A DNA stretch of 64,000 bases from an uncultured Bacillota bacterium. Lineage in GTDB: Bacteria; Sysuimicrobiota; Sysuimicrobiia; Sysuimicrobiales; Segetimicrobiaceae. This document shows, in pieces, positions 41,565 through 49,810 of this stretch (its first letter is position 1; each line of letters starts with the position of its first letter). Both the position numbers and the translations under genes were made by a program. The notes beneath the pieces are model-generated. The model was not told the DNA's origin. It saw only the letters and a list, made by a program, of their open reading frames with translations, and ran no database searches. Where the stretch lies: the NCBI GenBank assembly GCA_963804645.1, contig CAWDRG010000001.1, positions 64,001 through 128,000 of the forward strand, read 5' to 3'.

Positions 41565-42518
41565 ATGATCCACGCGTTTCTCCTCGCCGCCATAGAGTTC
41601 GCGCGGAACTTTGCGGAAGTCGCACTCGTCGGATTTTTTCTGGCCGGCGTGCTCAACGCCGTGGTCAACAAGCCGGCGCTCGCCCGTCACCTCGGCGGCA
41701 GTGTCGTGCGTGCCAACGCCGTCGCCTCGACCTGGGGGTTTCTGACGCCGCTCTGCTGCTGCTCGGGTGTGCCCACCGCGGTTACCCTCTACCGGTCCGG
41801 CAGCCGTCGGGGACCGGCCTGCGCGTTCCTGATCGCGGTCCCCTGGTTCAATTGGTACGGTCTTACGGCGCTGGTCATCTTCCTGGGCTGGCGCGCGGGG
41901 CTCGCGGTGTCGCTGTCAGCCGTGGGCGTCGCGTTCATCACGGGCGCGGTCATCGATACGCTCGATGCGCGCTGGCCGGCGCCCGTTCGCACGCTCGCGC
42001 CCCACGGACACCACCCGCTGCACGGCGCGGCCCTGGCACATCGCTGCGGCGGTGAGCCGGACCCCGCCCTCGATCCGGGCGGCCCGCTGCTCGACCTCTC
42101 GAACCCGTGGGAGAAAGCGGTCGCAGGTGTCCGATTCGCACTGCAATTGGCCGCAGAGATCGCGCCCTGGATCGCGGCCGGCATCCTGCTCGGCGCGGCC
42201 GCGGAAACGTTCATTCCGTCCGGCTTTCTCTCCGGGCCGCTCGGGAAGACCAGCGTCGCGGGGCTGCTCGTCGCGGTCGCGGTGGCCGGCGTGTCGTACA
42301 CGGAAAGCCTGGCCTCCCTGCCTTGGGTGCGCGCCCTGCTCAATAAGGGCGCCGGCATCGGCAGCGGAATGGTGCTGCTCGTGGGAGGCGTGGCCACCAA
42401 TCTGTCAACGCTCGGGCCGATCGCCCGCGTGATGGGCGCGCGCACGGCCATCGTCTACGCGACGAGCGTCGTCCTTCTTGCCACCGCGCTCGGGTACTGG
42501 CTGAACCAATTCCTGTAA
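41565..42518 (+). CDS. Predicted permease (DUF318/ArsP_1-like) with Cys and His motifs
   Basis: TPLCCCSGVP, AFLIAVP, His-rich loop PHGHHPLHG, multiple TM helices. Confidence 0.8.
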   Translation: MIHAFLLAAIEFARNFAEVALVGFFLAGVLNAVVNKPALARHLGGSVVRANAVASTWGFLTPLCCCSGVPTAVTLYRSGSRRGPACAFLIAVPWFNWYGLTALVIFLGWRAGLAVSLSAVGVAFITGAVIDTLDARWPAPVRTLAPHGHHPLHGAALAHRCGGEPDPALDPGGPLLDLSNPWEKAVAGVRFALQLAAEIAPWIAAGILLGAAAETFIPSGFLSGPLGKTSVAGLLVAVAVAGVSYTESLASLPWVRALLNKGAGIGSGMVLLVGGVATNLSTLGPIARVMGARTAIVYATSVVLLATALGYWLNQFL

Positions 42519-42652
42519 GATCCGCCGTCCCGTAACCCGCACGCCACCCCGCACACCCCAGGACCTACAGGCATCATCGGCCCGACAGGGGCCTCGCGCC
42601 GCCCACACCCGGGGCTCGCGCACCAATGCGCACGGGTTTAACGCGCCGTTGC

Positions 42653-42715
42653 TTGACAATCCCCTCCGGAGCATGCTAGCGTAACGAACTAGTAGTTGTA
42701 AGTAATTTACAATTA
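42653..42715 (+). promoter_or_regulatory. Sigma70 promoter plus Fur/Zur-like palindromic operator
   Basis: TTGACA (42653) - 18 bp - TAGCGT with upstream TG; 23-bp imperfect palindrome TAGTTGTAAGTAATTTACAATTA at 42693-42715. Confidence 0.7.
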
Positions 42716-42781
42716 GAGATCGCTGTCGTCTAAGGCGCTGTGTGCAATCATCCTGGCGATGAGTGGACGGGGGGGCGCTTG

Positions 42782-44731
42782 GTGAGGGCATGCGTTCGAT
42801 GGATCGTGCTCGGGCTACTTCTGATTGCGTGGAACGTCCCGGCGATTGCGCAGCCATTTAGGGACTCGTCCGCCGTGCCGGCATGGGCCTACGCCGCCGT
42901 GGAGGAGCTCGCGGCGGCGGGCTTGGTGCAGGGCTATCCCGATGGGACGTTTCGCGGCGACCGCGCGATGACCAGGGACGAAATGGCCGTGATCGTGGCC
43001 CGCGTCCTCGCAAAAGTCGAGACCATCGAAAGTCAATTGCCCGCCCCGCAGCGCCCGCAGGCGGGGCCCCGTGCGGGGACGCCGCCCCCTCCCCCGGGGC
43101 CGCAGGTGACGCAGGCGGATATCGACCTGCTCCTCCGGCTAGTCAACGAACTGCAGGATGAACTCGCGGACCTTGCCATACGCGTGCCCGCGGCCGAACA
43201 GGAACTACGGGCCATCGCACCGAGCATCGACCACGTACGGGTAACGGGCACGATGCGATTCCGTGAAAGCGTGGCCCGGAGCACCCAGGGCGCGGTGGGC
43301 GCGGGCAGCCCCACGGGCATAAACGGCAATCCCTTGACCACCGACCAGAGCTCCGAGACCGCCCCACTCGTGAACGGCACGCAGTACGAGTTCAAGCTCA
43401 ACTTCGACGGCGCCGTGGTGGCCCAAACCGGGCCGATCACCGTCGCCACCGGATTACCATTTATCGCCAACAATCTGCACTTCATCGCGGCAGTCATGAC
43501 GCAAGGGGACAACTTGCAGGTCTTCAACAGCGGCAACAGCGGCACCGCGACCAACCCGCCCGCGTTCGGCAGCCAACCCGCCAACGCCGCGTTCGGGAAC
43601 GGCGCGTTCGGCAGCCTCGACAGCGCGTTCCTCGACTGGACGCGCCAGTGGGGCACCTCGGTCGCGCCGAAGACGCTCGAGACGTGGCTCGGACGGTTCG
43701 GCGCCAACCCGCAGCCCAACTGCATGGCCGACTGCTACCCGGTCCAGTTCGGCCCCTTCGGGCTGTTGATGAACGACACCGGGGCCACCTGGAGCGACTC
43801 CACCGCCGACAGCGGCGTAAACGTCATGGACGGCCTGCGGGTCGCCCTGCATCTGCCCGACGCGCTGGACCTGCAAGCCCAGGCCCTGATCACGCGCGTG
43901 CAAGGAGCCACCGGGAGTACCACCGACGAGCCCGGCGTGCCCCTCCCGAGCGACGCGTATATCTTTGGGGAAGACGCCTACGGCTTCGACGTCAACATCC
44001 AGGCCAACTACTGGACCCGGATCGGCGTCTACTACGTGGGGAACACGATCACGGCCGCGAACAGCACTCCCGGGCCCGGGGGCTTCGGCAACGCCGGGCA
44101 GTGGCACGTGTACGGACCGGGCGGCGGCTCGATGAACCCCGGCAACCTGAACACGCTCACCTCCGGGAGCTACCACTGCGCCTCGGTGGCGGGCACGGGG
44201 ATCACGTGCCCGGCGGCCGGGAACGGCTGGGGCGCGTACCTCGACTCGGATATCCTCCGCTACGTCCACCTGGACGGGGAGTATGCGGAGTGGAACGACG
44301 CGGTGTTCGGCACGAGCGACAGCGGCTATCAGCTCAACGTGATCTGGGACCTCGGAGACATGACGAAAATCAATCCTCCAGACAACTACAACTGGAGCCT
44401 GCAGACAGGCTACCTGAACTACGGGCAGAACTTCTACCCGCCGTACGGCTCGGCCGAGGCCGACGCGCCGATGAACGACACGATTTACCCGGGGAACGCC
44501 CAAGGGATCACGGCGACCATGAGTATCCAACCCACGCAGAAGCTGACGTTGTACGCGACCTACTTCGGCGGCGAGAACCAGTCCAACGGCCAGCCGATCG
44601 CCGAGGGGGAGATCGGCTTCCAGTACGCCTTCTCCACCCAAGCGCAGTTTTGGGTCCTCGCGCGGTCGCTCAACATCAATGGGGTCAACCAGCTGCAGTT
44701 GTACCGCGCGCAGATCGACTACTACTTCTGA
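42782..44731 (+). CDS. SLH-domain outer-membrane beta-barrel protein (OmpM/cyanobacterial porin-like)
   Basis: Signal peptide; SLH WAYAAVEELAAAGLVQGYPDGTFRGDRAMTRDEMA; coiled coil LLRLVNELQDEL; amphipathic beta-strands ending QIDYYF. Confidence 0.8.
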   Translation: MRACVRWIVLGLLLIAWNVPAIAQPFRDSSAVPAWAYAAVEELAAAGLVQGYPDGTFRGDRAMTRDEMAVIVARVLAKVETIESQLPAPQRPQAGPRAGTPPPPPGPQVTQADIDLLLRLVNELQDELADLAIRVPAAEQELRAIAPSIDHVRVTGTMRFRESVARSTQGAVGAGSPTGINGNPLTTDQSSETAPLVNGTQYEFKLNFDGAVVAQTGPITVATGLPFIANNLHFIAAVMTQGDNLQVFNSGNSGTATNPPAFGSQPANAAFGNGAFGSLDSAFLDWTRQWGTSVAPKTLETWLGRFGANPQPNCMADCYPVQFGPFGLLMNDTGATWSDSTADSGVNVMDGLRVALHLPDALDLQAQALITRVQGATGSTTDEPGVPLPSDAYIFGEDAYGFDVNIQANYWTRIGVYYVGNTITAANSTPGPGGFGNAGQWHVYGPGGGSMNPGNLNTLTSGSYHCASVAGTGITCPAAGNGWGAYLDSDILRYVHLDGEYAEWNDAVFGTSDSGYQLNVIWDLGDMTKINPPDNYNWSLQTGYLNYGQNFYPPYGSAEADAPMNDTIYPGNAQGITATMSIQPTQKLTLYATYFGGENQSNGQPIAEGEIGFQYAFSTQAQFWVLARSLNINGVNQLQLYRAQIDYYF

Positions 44732-44794
44732 ACGACCGGGCGGCCAGCCCCGCACCGCGCCGTACGCGGCGCGAGAGAGGGAGCGTGATCGACG

Positions 44795-45709
44795 ATGAGA
44801 GGACGAACACAGACGACCGCGATCATCGTGGCGGCGTTCGTAGCCGTGTGGCTGGCGTCCGCGGGGGTCCGCGGCGGCGCGGCCGCGGCCGCGCCGCCCG
44901 CCGCCAAGCCGGTCATCGTCGCGGGGGAAAACTTCTACGGCGACGTGACGTCCCAGATCGCCGGAAACCACGTGACGGTCATCAGCATCATCAGCGACCC
45001 GAACGCCGACCCGCACGAGTACGAGAGTAGCGCGAACGACGCGGGGGAAATCGCGCGCGCCAGCCTGGTGATCATGAACGGCCTGGGGTATGATGACTTC
45101 GTGCCGCGGATGATGAACGCCTCGCCGAATCCGACCCGGAAGGTCATCAACGTCCAGTTGCTGATGGGGCACAAGACCGGCGACAACGTGCACCTCTGGT
45201 ACGATCCGGCGACGATGCCCAAGGTGGCGCAGACGATCACCGACGATCTGGTCCAGATCGATCCGGCCAACGCGCAGTACTACCACGACTGGCTCGGTCA
45301 GTTCCTGACGTCGCTCGGCCCGCTGCATCAGAAGATCGCGGAGATGCACGCCAAGTACGGGGGGGTGCCGGTCGCGTTCACGGAGCCCGTCTTTGGCTAC
45401 ATGGCCGAGGCAATCGGGTTCAACGTGCTCACGCCGGAACCATTTGTCAAAGCGATCGAAGACGGCACCGAGCCGCCGGCCTCGGCGATCGCGCAGAACG
45501 ATGATCAGTACCGGACCCACCAGATCAAGATCCTGCTCTACAACGTGCAGACCGTCACCCCGATCACGACGAACGTGCAGAAGCGCGCCAAGGAGCTCGG
45601 CATCCCGGTGGTCGGGGTCTCGGAAACCGAGCCGATCGGCCAGAGCTTCCAGCAGTGGCAGCTCACCCAGCTGAACGAGATCGACGCGGCGCTCAGCGGA
45701 GTGAAGTGA
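44795..45709 (+). CDS. znuA: Zinc/manganese ABC transporter substrate-binding protein
   Basis: DPHEYE, NGLGYD, NVHLWYDP, TEPVFGY. Confidence 0.88.
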   Translation: MRGRTQTTAIIVAAFVAVWLASAGVRGGAAAAAPPAAKPVIVAGENFYGDVTSQIAGNHVTVISIISDPNADPHEYESSANDAGEIARASLVIMNGLGYDDFVPRMMNASPNPTRKVINVQLLMGHKTGDNVHLWYDPATMPKVAQTITDDLVQIDPANAQYYHDWLGQFLTSLGPLHQKIAEMHAKYGGVPVAFTEPVFGYMAEAIGFNVLTPEPFVKAIEDGTEPPASAIAQNDDQYRTHQIKILLYNVQTVTPITTNVQKRAKELGIPVVGVSETEPIGQSFQQWQLTQLNEIDAALSGVK

Positions 45710-46524
45710 GCGTGGGGCAGACCGCCGCGGTCGGGTTGGAGCACGCGACCGTCCATGCCGGAGGGCGGCCGATCTGGACCGACCTGTCCTTCACGATGAA
45801 CGCCGGCGAGTTCGTCGCGGTGATGGGGCCGAACGGCGCGGGCAAGACGACGCTGCTGCGGGTCCTCCTTGGGCTGCAGCGCCTCGAGTCCGGCACCGCG
45901 CTGGTCTCGGGCCAGCCCCCGCGCCCGGGCAACCCCGCGATCGGCTACGTCCCGCAGCACCGGGGGTTCGATCCGGACCTGGCCGTGCGCGCCCGGGACC
46001 TCGTTGCGTGGGGGCTCGACGGCCACCGCTGGGGTGTCGCACTGCGGCGCGGCGCGACAACGCGGCGGGTCGATGAGATGCTGGACCTCGTCGGAGCCCG
46101 CACGTATGCCGATGCGCCCGTCGGCCAGTTGTCGGGAGGAGAGCAGCAGCGGGTCCGGGTCGCCCAGGCGCTGATCGGCGACCCCGATCTGCTGCTGTGC
46201 GACGAGCCGCTCCACAGCCTCGATCTCCACTATCAGCAGCGGATCGTCGAGCTGATCGCCGACTGGAACCGCCGGCGGGGCGCCACCGTACTGTTCGTCA
46301 CGCACGACATCAACCCGGTCCTCACCGAGGTCAACCGCGTGCTGCTCCTCGCGGGCGCCCGATGGACGGCGGGCACGCCGGCCGAAGTGCTGACCTCGGA
46401 GACGCTGACGCGGCTGTACGGCACGCCGGTCGACGTGCTGCAGCACCGCGGGCGGGTCGTGATTCTGGGGGCCGACTTGGGCAGCCACGCGGCCCTGCCC
46501 GACTACGCGCCGGTGCCCGAATGA
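45706..46524 (+). CDS. znuC: Metal ABC transporter ATP-binding protein
   Basis: GPNGAGKT, GYVPQ, LSGGEQQR, LLCDEP, VTHD. Confidence 0.88.
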   Translation: MSVGQTAAVGLEHATVHAGGRPIWTDLSFTMNAGEFVAVMGPNGAGKTTLLRVLLGLQRLESGTALVSGQPPRPGNPAIGYVPQHRGFDPDLAVRARDLVAWGLDGHRWGVALRRGATTRRVDEMLDLVGARTYADAPVGQLSGGEQQRVRVAQALIGDPDLLLCDEPLHSLDLHYQQRIVELIADWNRRRGATVLFVTHDINPVLTEVNRVLLLAGARWTAGTPAEVLTSETLTRLYGTPVDVLQHRGRVVILGADLGSHAALPDYAPVPE

Positions 46525-47402
46525 ACACGGACCTGTGGCAGTACCCGTTTGTGCACCAGGCCCTCATGGCGGGCGTGATCACCGCGATCATGACGGGCGT
46601 GGTCGGTCCGTTCGTGGTGATGCGCAACATGGGGTTCGCGGTCCACGGGCTCGCGGAAGTCGGGTTCACCGGGGCGGCCGGCGCGGTGCTGGCCGACGCC
46701 TCGCCGGAGGTCGGCGTCCTCGTCGCCGCCCTGGTGACGGCGCTCGCGATCGGCGTCCTCGGCGTGCGCCTGCGTGAGCGCGACATCGCGATCGGAGCGG
46801 TCCTCGCATTCGGGCTCGGGCTCGGCGTCCTGTTCCTGACCCTCTATACCCGGTACGCGACCGAGGCGTTCAGCATCCTGTTCGGGACGATCCTGGCCGT
46901 GAGCCTCGGCGACGTGGTCCGGTCCGCGGTCGTGGCGGTCGTGGCGCTCGCGGCCCTCGCCGTGATCTATCGCCCGCTCAGGTTCGCGAGCGTCGATCCT
47001 GAGGTCGCGGCGGCCCGCGGCGTACCGATCGGCCTCCTGTCGGCCGTGTTTTTGGTGATCCTGGCGCTCGCGGTCACGGAGGCTGTCGAGGTGGTGGGCG
47101 TCCTCCTGATCGTGACGCTCCTGATCACCCCGGCCGGGGCGGCGCAGCGCCTCACCGCCAACCCCGCGGTGGCGACGCTGCTGAGCGTCGTGATCTGCCT
47201 GGTGGTCACGCTCGGCGGCATCACGGCGGCGATTTACACGTCGTGGCCGGTCAGCTTTTTCGTCGCCACCTTCAGCTTTGCGATCTACCTGGGCGCGCGC
47301 CTCGTCGGGCCTCGGCTTCGAGCGCCCAGGGCACTCCCGGCGTCCGCCCCCACCCTGTCGGCGCGCGTGCCAGACCACGACACTGGCGCCCATCGACACT
47401 GA
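46521..47402 (+). CDS. znuB: Metal ABC transporter permease
   Basis: GPFVVMRNMGFAVHG, LFGTIL, SVDPEVA.ARGVP, VGVLL. Confidence 0.88.
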   Translation: MNTDLWQYPFVHQALMAGVITAIMTGVVGPFVVMRNMGFAVHGLAEVGFTGAAGAVLADASPEVGVLVAALVTALAIGVLGVRLRERDIAIGAVLAFGLGLGVLFLTLYTRYATEAFSILFGTILAVSLGDVVRSAVVAVVALAALAVIYRPLRFASVDPEVAAARGVPIGLLSAVFLVILALAVTEAVEVVGVLLIVTLLITPAGAAQRLTANPAVATLLSVVICLVVTLGGITAAIYTSWPVSFFVATFSFAIYLGARLVGPRLRAPRALPASAPTLSARVPDHDTGAHRH

Positions 47403-47410
47403 CGGACCCC

Positions 47411-47866
47411 GTGCCCACGCGCGCCCGCCACGCGGACCCACGGGACGCCAAGCACCTGGCGACGCTGCACCGGAGTACACTGCGCGTCACGCCGCAGCGC
47501 ATCGCCATCCTGCGCGCGCTCGCGGCCGGCCCGCACGTTGCGACCTGCCACGAAATCTGGGAGCGCGCGCGCGCCGGCACGGCGGGGCTTGGACAGGTAA
47601 CGGTGTACCGCATTCTGGAGCGCTTTGAGGCCGCCGGGATCGTCGAGCGCCTCGACGTGAACGGAACCTCCCGGTTCGGCCTTGCCACCCGCCACCACGA
47701 CCACACGATCTGCGAGCAGTGCGGTGCGGTGAACGCCACGGATGCGTGTCTTCTCGAGGCGCTCGCCGGCGTCTCCCGCGGCCCGCAGGGGTTCCTCGTC
47801 AAGCGCCATCGGGTCGACCTCATCGGCCTGTGCGGCGTGTGCCAGCGCGCCGAACGCACCCCGTAG
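47411..47866 (+). CDS. Fur-family regulator (probable Zur; start uncertain)
   Basis: RVTPQRIAIL, TVYRIL, HHDHTICEQCG, GLCGVC; directly follows znuB. Confidence 0.88.
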   Translation: MPTRARHADPRDAKHLATLHRSTLRVTPQRIAILRALAAGPHVATCHEIWERARAGTAGLGQVTVYRILERFEAAGIVERLDVNGTSRFGLATRHHDHTICEQCGAVNATDACLLEALAGVSRGPQGFLVKRHRVDLIGLCGVCQRAERTP

Positions 47867-48026
47867 CGCCGCGAGGATCCGCAGACGGGCAGCGTGAAGT
47901 CCACGGGGGCCCGCGCAACGATTTCACGCTCGTCCGAACGGCAGGCTCGGGTGAACCTGGACCGGTGTCGATCGAGACCGCGGTCCCGGCGCGCTGTGCG
48001 GGCGGCGCACCGAACGGGAGGTGGGC

Positions 48027-48839
48027 ATGGAGCCGACTGAGCGGGGCGGGCCGGACGCGGCGCAACAGGAACGTGTGGTGCCGCCGGCCGTGACACACGA
48101 TTTCCTCAATCCCGCCCGTGAGTGGCGGCGGATCTTCGCGGAAGCCTGGGGCACGTTTCTGCTGGTGCTGGTCGCCGCCGGCGCCCACGTCGTTGCGGCC
48201 GTGAGCGGCGGCCGGGTGACCCTCGGCATGATCGTGGTGGCACCCGGACTCATGGTAATGGCGATCATCTACTTCATGGGTGCCGTGAGCGGAGCGCATT
48301 TGAATCCGGCTGTCACGCTGGCGTTTGCGGTGCGGCGCAACTTCCCTTGGAAGAGAGTCCCGGGCTACATCGTCGGACAAGTGATCGGAGGCATCGGTGC
48401 CGCGCTGTTCCTGCGGAGCATGTTCGGGACGGCCGGCGCGCTCGGTGCGACGGTGCCGGGCGCGGGGTTCACCAGCGGGACGGCCCTGGCGGTGGAGGTG
48501 GTGCTGACGGCGGGGCTGGTCAACACGGTCCTGGGCACGGCCTCCGGCGCGCGGAACATCGGCACAAACGGCGCCATCGCCGTGGGCGGGTATATTGCGC
48601 TGGCAGGACTGTGGGCGGAGCCGGTGAGCGGCGCCTCCATGAACCCCGTGCGTTCGCTCGCGCCGGATCTCGCGCGCGGCGACCTCCAGACGACCTGGAT
48701 CTACGTCGTCGGGCCAGGACTGGGCGCCTTGATCGGCGTGGCCTTCGAGTGGATCCTCAAAGGCAGGCCCACCGCAGCGGGGCGCATCGCCGCGGAGGGA
48801 ACGCTTGATGTTGACGATCAGGCCGCGCCGGATGCGTGA
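48027..48839 (+). CDS. Aquaporin/MIP family channel
   Basis: SGAHLNPAVT and GASMNPVRS (NPA/NPV). Confidence 0.92.
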   Translation: MEPTERGGPDAAQQERVVPPAVTHDFLNPAREWRRIFAEAWGTFLLVLVAAGAHVVAAVSGGRVTLGMIVVAPGLMVMAIIYFMGAVSGAHLNPAVTLAFAVRRNFPWKRVPGYIVGQVIGGIGAALFLRSMFGTAGALGATVPGAGFTSGTALAVEVVLTAGLVNTVLGTASGARNIGTNGAIAVGGYIALAGLWAEPVSGASMNPVRSLAPDLARGDLQTTWIYVVGPGLGALIGVAFEWILKGRPTAAGRIAAEGTLDVDDQAAPDA

Positions 48840-48943
48840 GCCCCGCGACGGGGCCGCGGTCCGGCCAGCCGAGCGGTCGTCGAACCCGCCGAGACGCTCA
48901 GAACCACGGGCACCACAGCGAACGCGGCCCGTACCGCCCTGTC

Positions 48944-48974
48944 CGTCCGGCCAGGACGGCGGCCTGGCCGGACG
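48944..48974. repeat. 12-bp perfect inverted repeat upstream of the SDR/QueA-like pair
   Basis: cgtccggccagg-acggcgg-cctggccggacg. Confidence 0.6.
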
Positions 48975-49066
48975 TCACGTCGGCGCCCCCGTCCTCCGCA
49001 CGGCGCGCGGATCCGCGCAAGACGCGATACTCGATGCGCGGGGAAAGTTCCTGAGGAGGCGCACCA

Positions 49067-49810
49067 ATGCTCTTGCGTGAGTCGGTCGTCCTGATCACCG
49101 GCGCGTCGCGTGGGCTCGGCCTGGAGGTCGCGCGCGCCTACGCACGGCGCGGGGCCCGCTTGATTATCACGGCGCGCGACCGCGCCGCGCTGACCGGCGC
49201 CGCACGCACGCTCGGTGCGGAGACGGACGCCGGCTCCATCGTCGCACTCCCGGGCAACGTCGCCGATCCCGATCACAGCGCTGCGCTCGTCCGCGCGGGA
49301 GTCGAGCGGTTCGGCCGCATCGACGTCCTCGTCAACAACGCGTCGACCTTGGGGCCGAGCCCGCTTCCGCCTCTCGACGCGCTGTCGACGGATGCGCTGC
49401 TGGACATTCTCCGCACCAACGTCGCGGCGCCGCAGGCGCTGATCCGGGCGGTCCTACCGGGCATGAAGGCGAGGCGGTCCGGCGTCATCATTAACGTGAC
49501 CTCGGACGCCGGCGTCGAGGCGTATCCGACCTGGGGCGGGTACGGCATCAGCAAGGCGGCGCTCGAGCAACTCTCGCGGGTGCTGGCCGCGGAACTTGAG
49601 GGGAGCGGCATCCGCGTCTATGTCGTCGATCCCGGTGACATGCGCACGCGCATGCACGAGGAGGCGGAGCCCGGCGTCGACTTGTCCCACCTCCCTCCGC
49701 CGTCCGTGTCGGCGCCCGCGTTCGTCACCCTGGTCGAGAACGAGACCGCGGCGTTCGGACGGTTTCACGCGCAGCGGATGACCGCCGTAGCCGGGAGCCC
49801 GCGACCGTGA
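49067..49810 (+). CDS. SDR family oxidoreductase
   Basis: TGASRGLG, LVNNA, YGISK, VDPGDMRT. Confidence 0.93.
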   Translation: MLLRESVVLITGASRGLGLEVARAYARRGARLIITARDRAALTGAARTLGAETDAGSIVALPGNVADPDHSAALVRAGVERFGRIDVLVNNASTLGPSPLPPLDALSTDALLDILRTNVAAPQALIRAVLPGMKARRSGVIINVTSDAGVEAYPTWGGYGISKAALEQLSRVLAAELEGSGIRVYVVDPGDMRTRMHEEAEPGVDLSHLPPPSVSAPAFVTLVENETAAFGRFHAQRMTAVAGSPRP

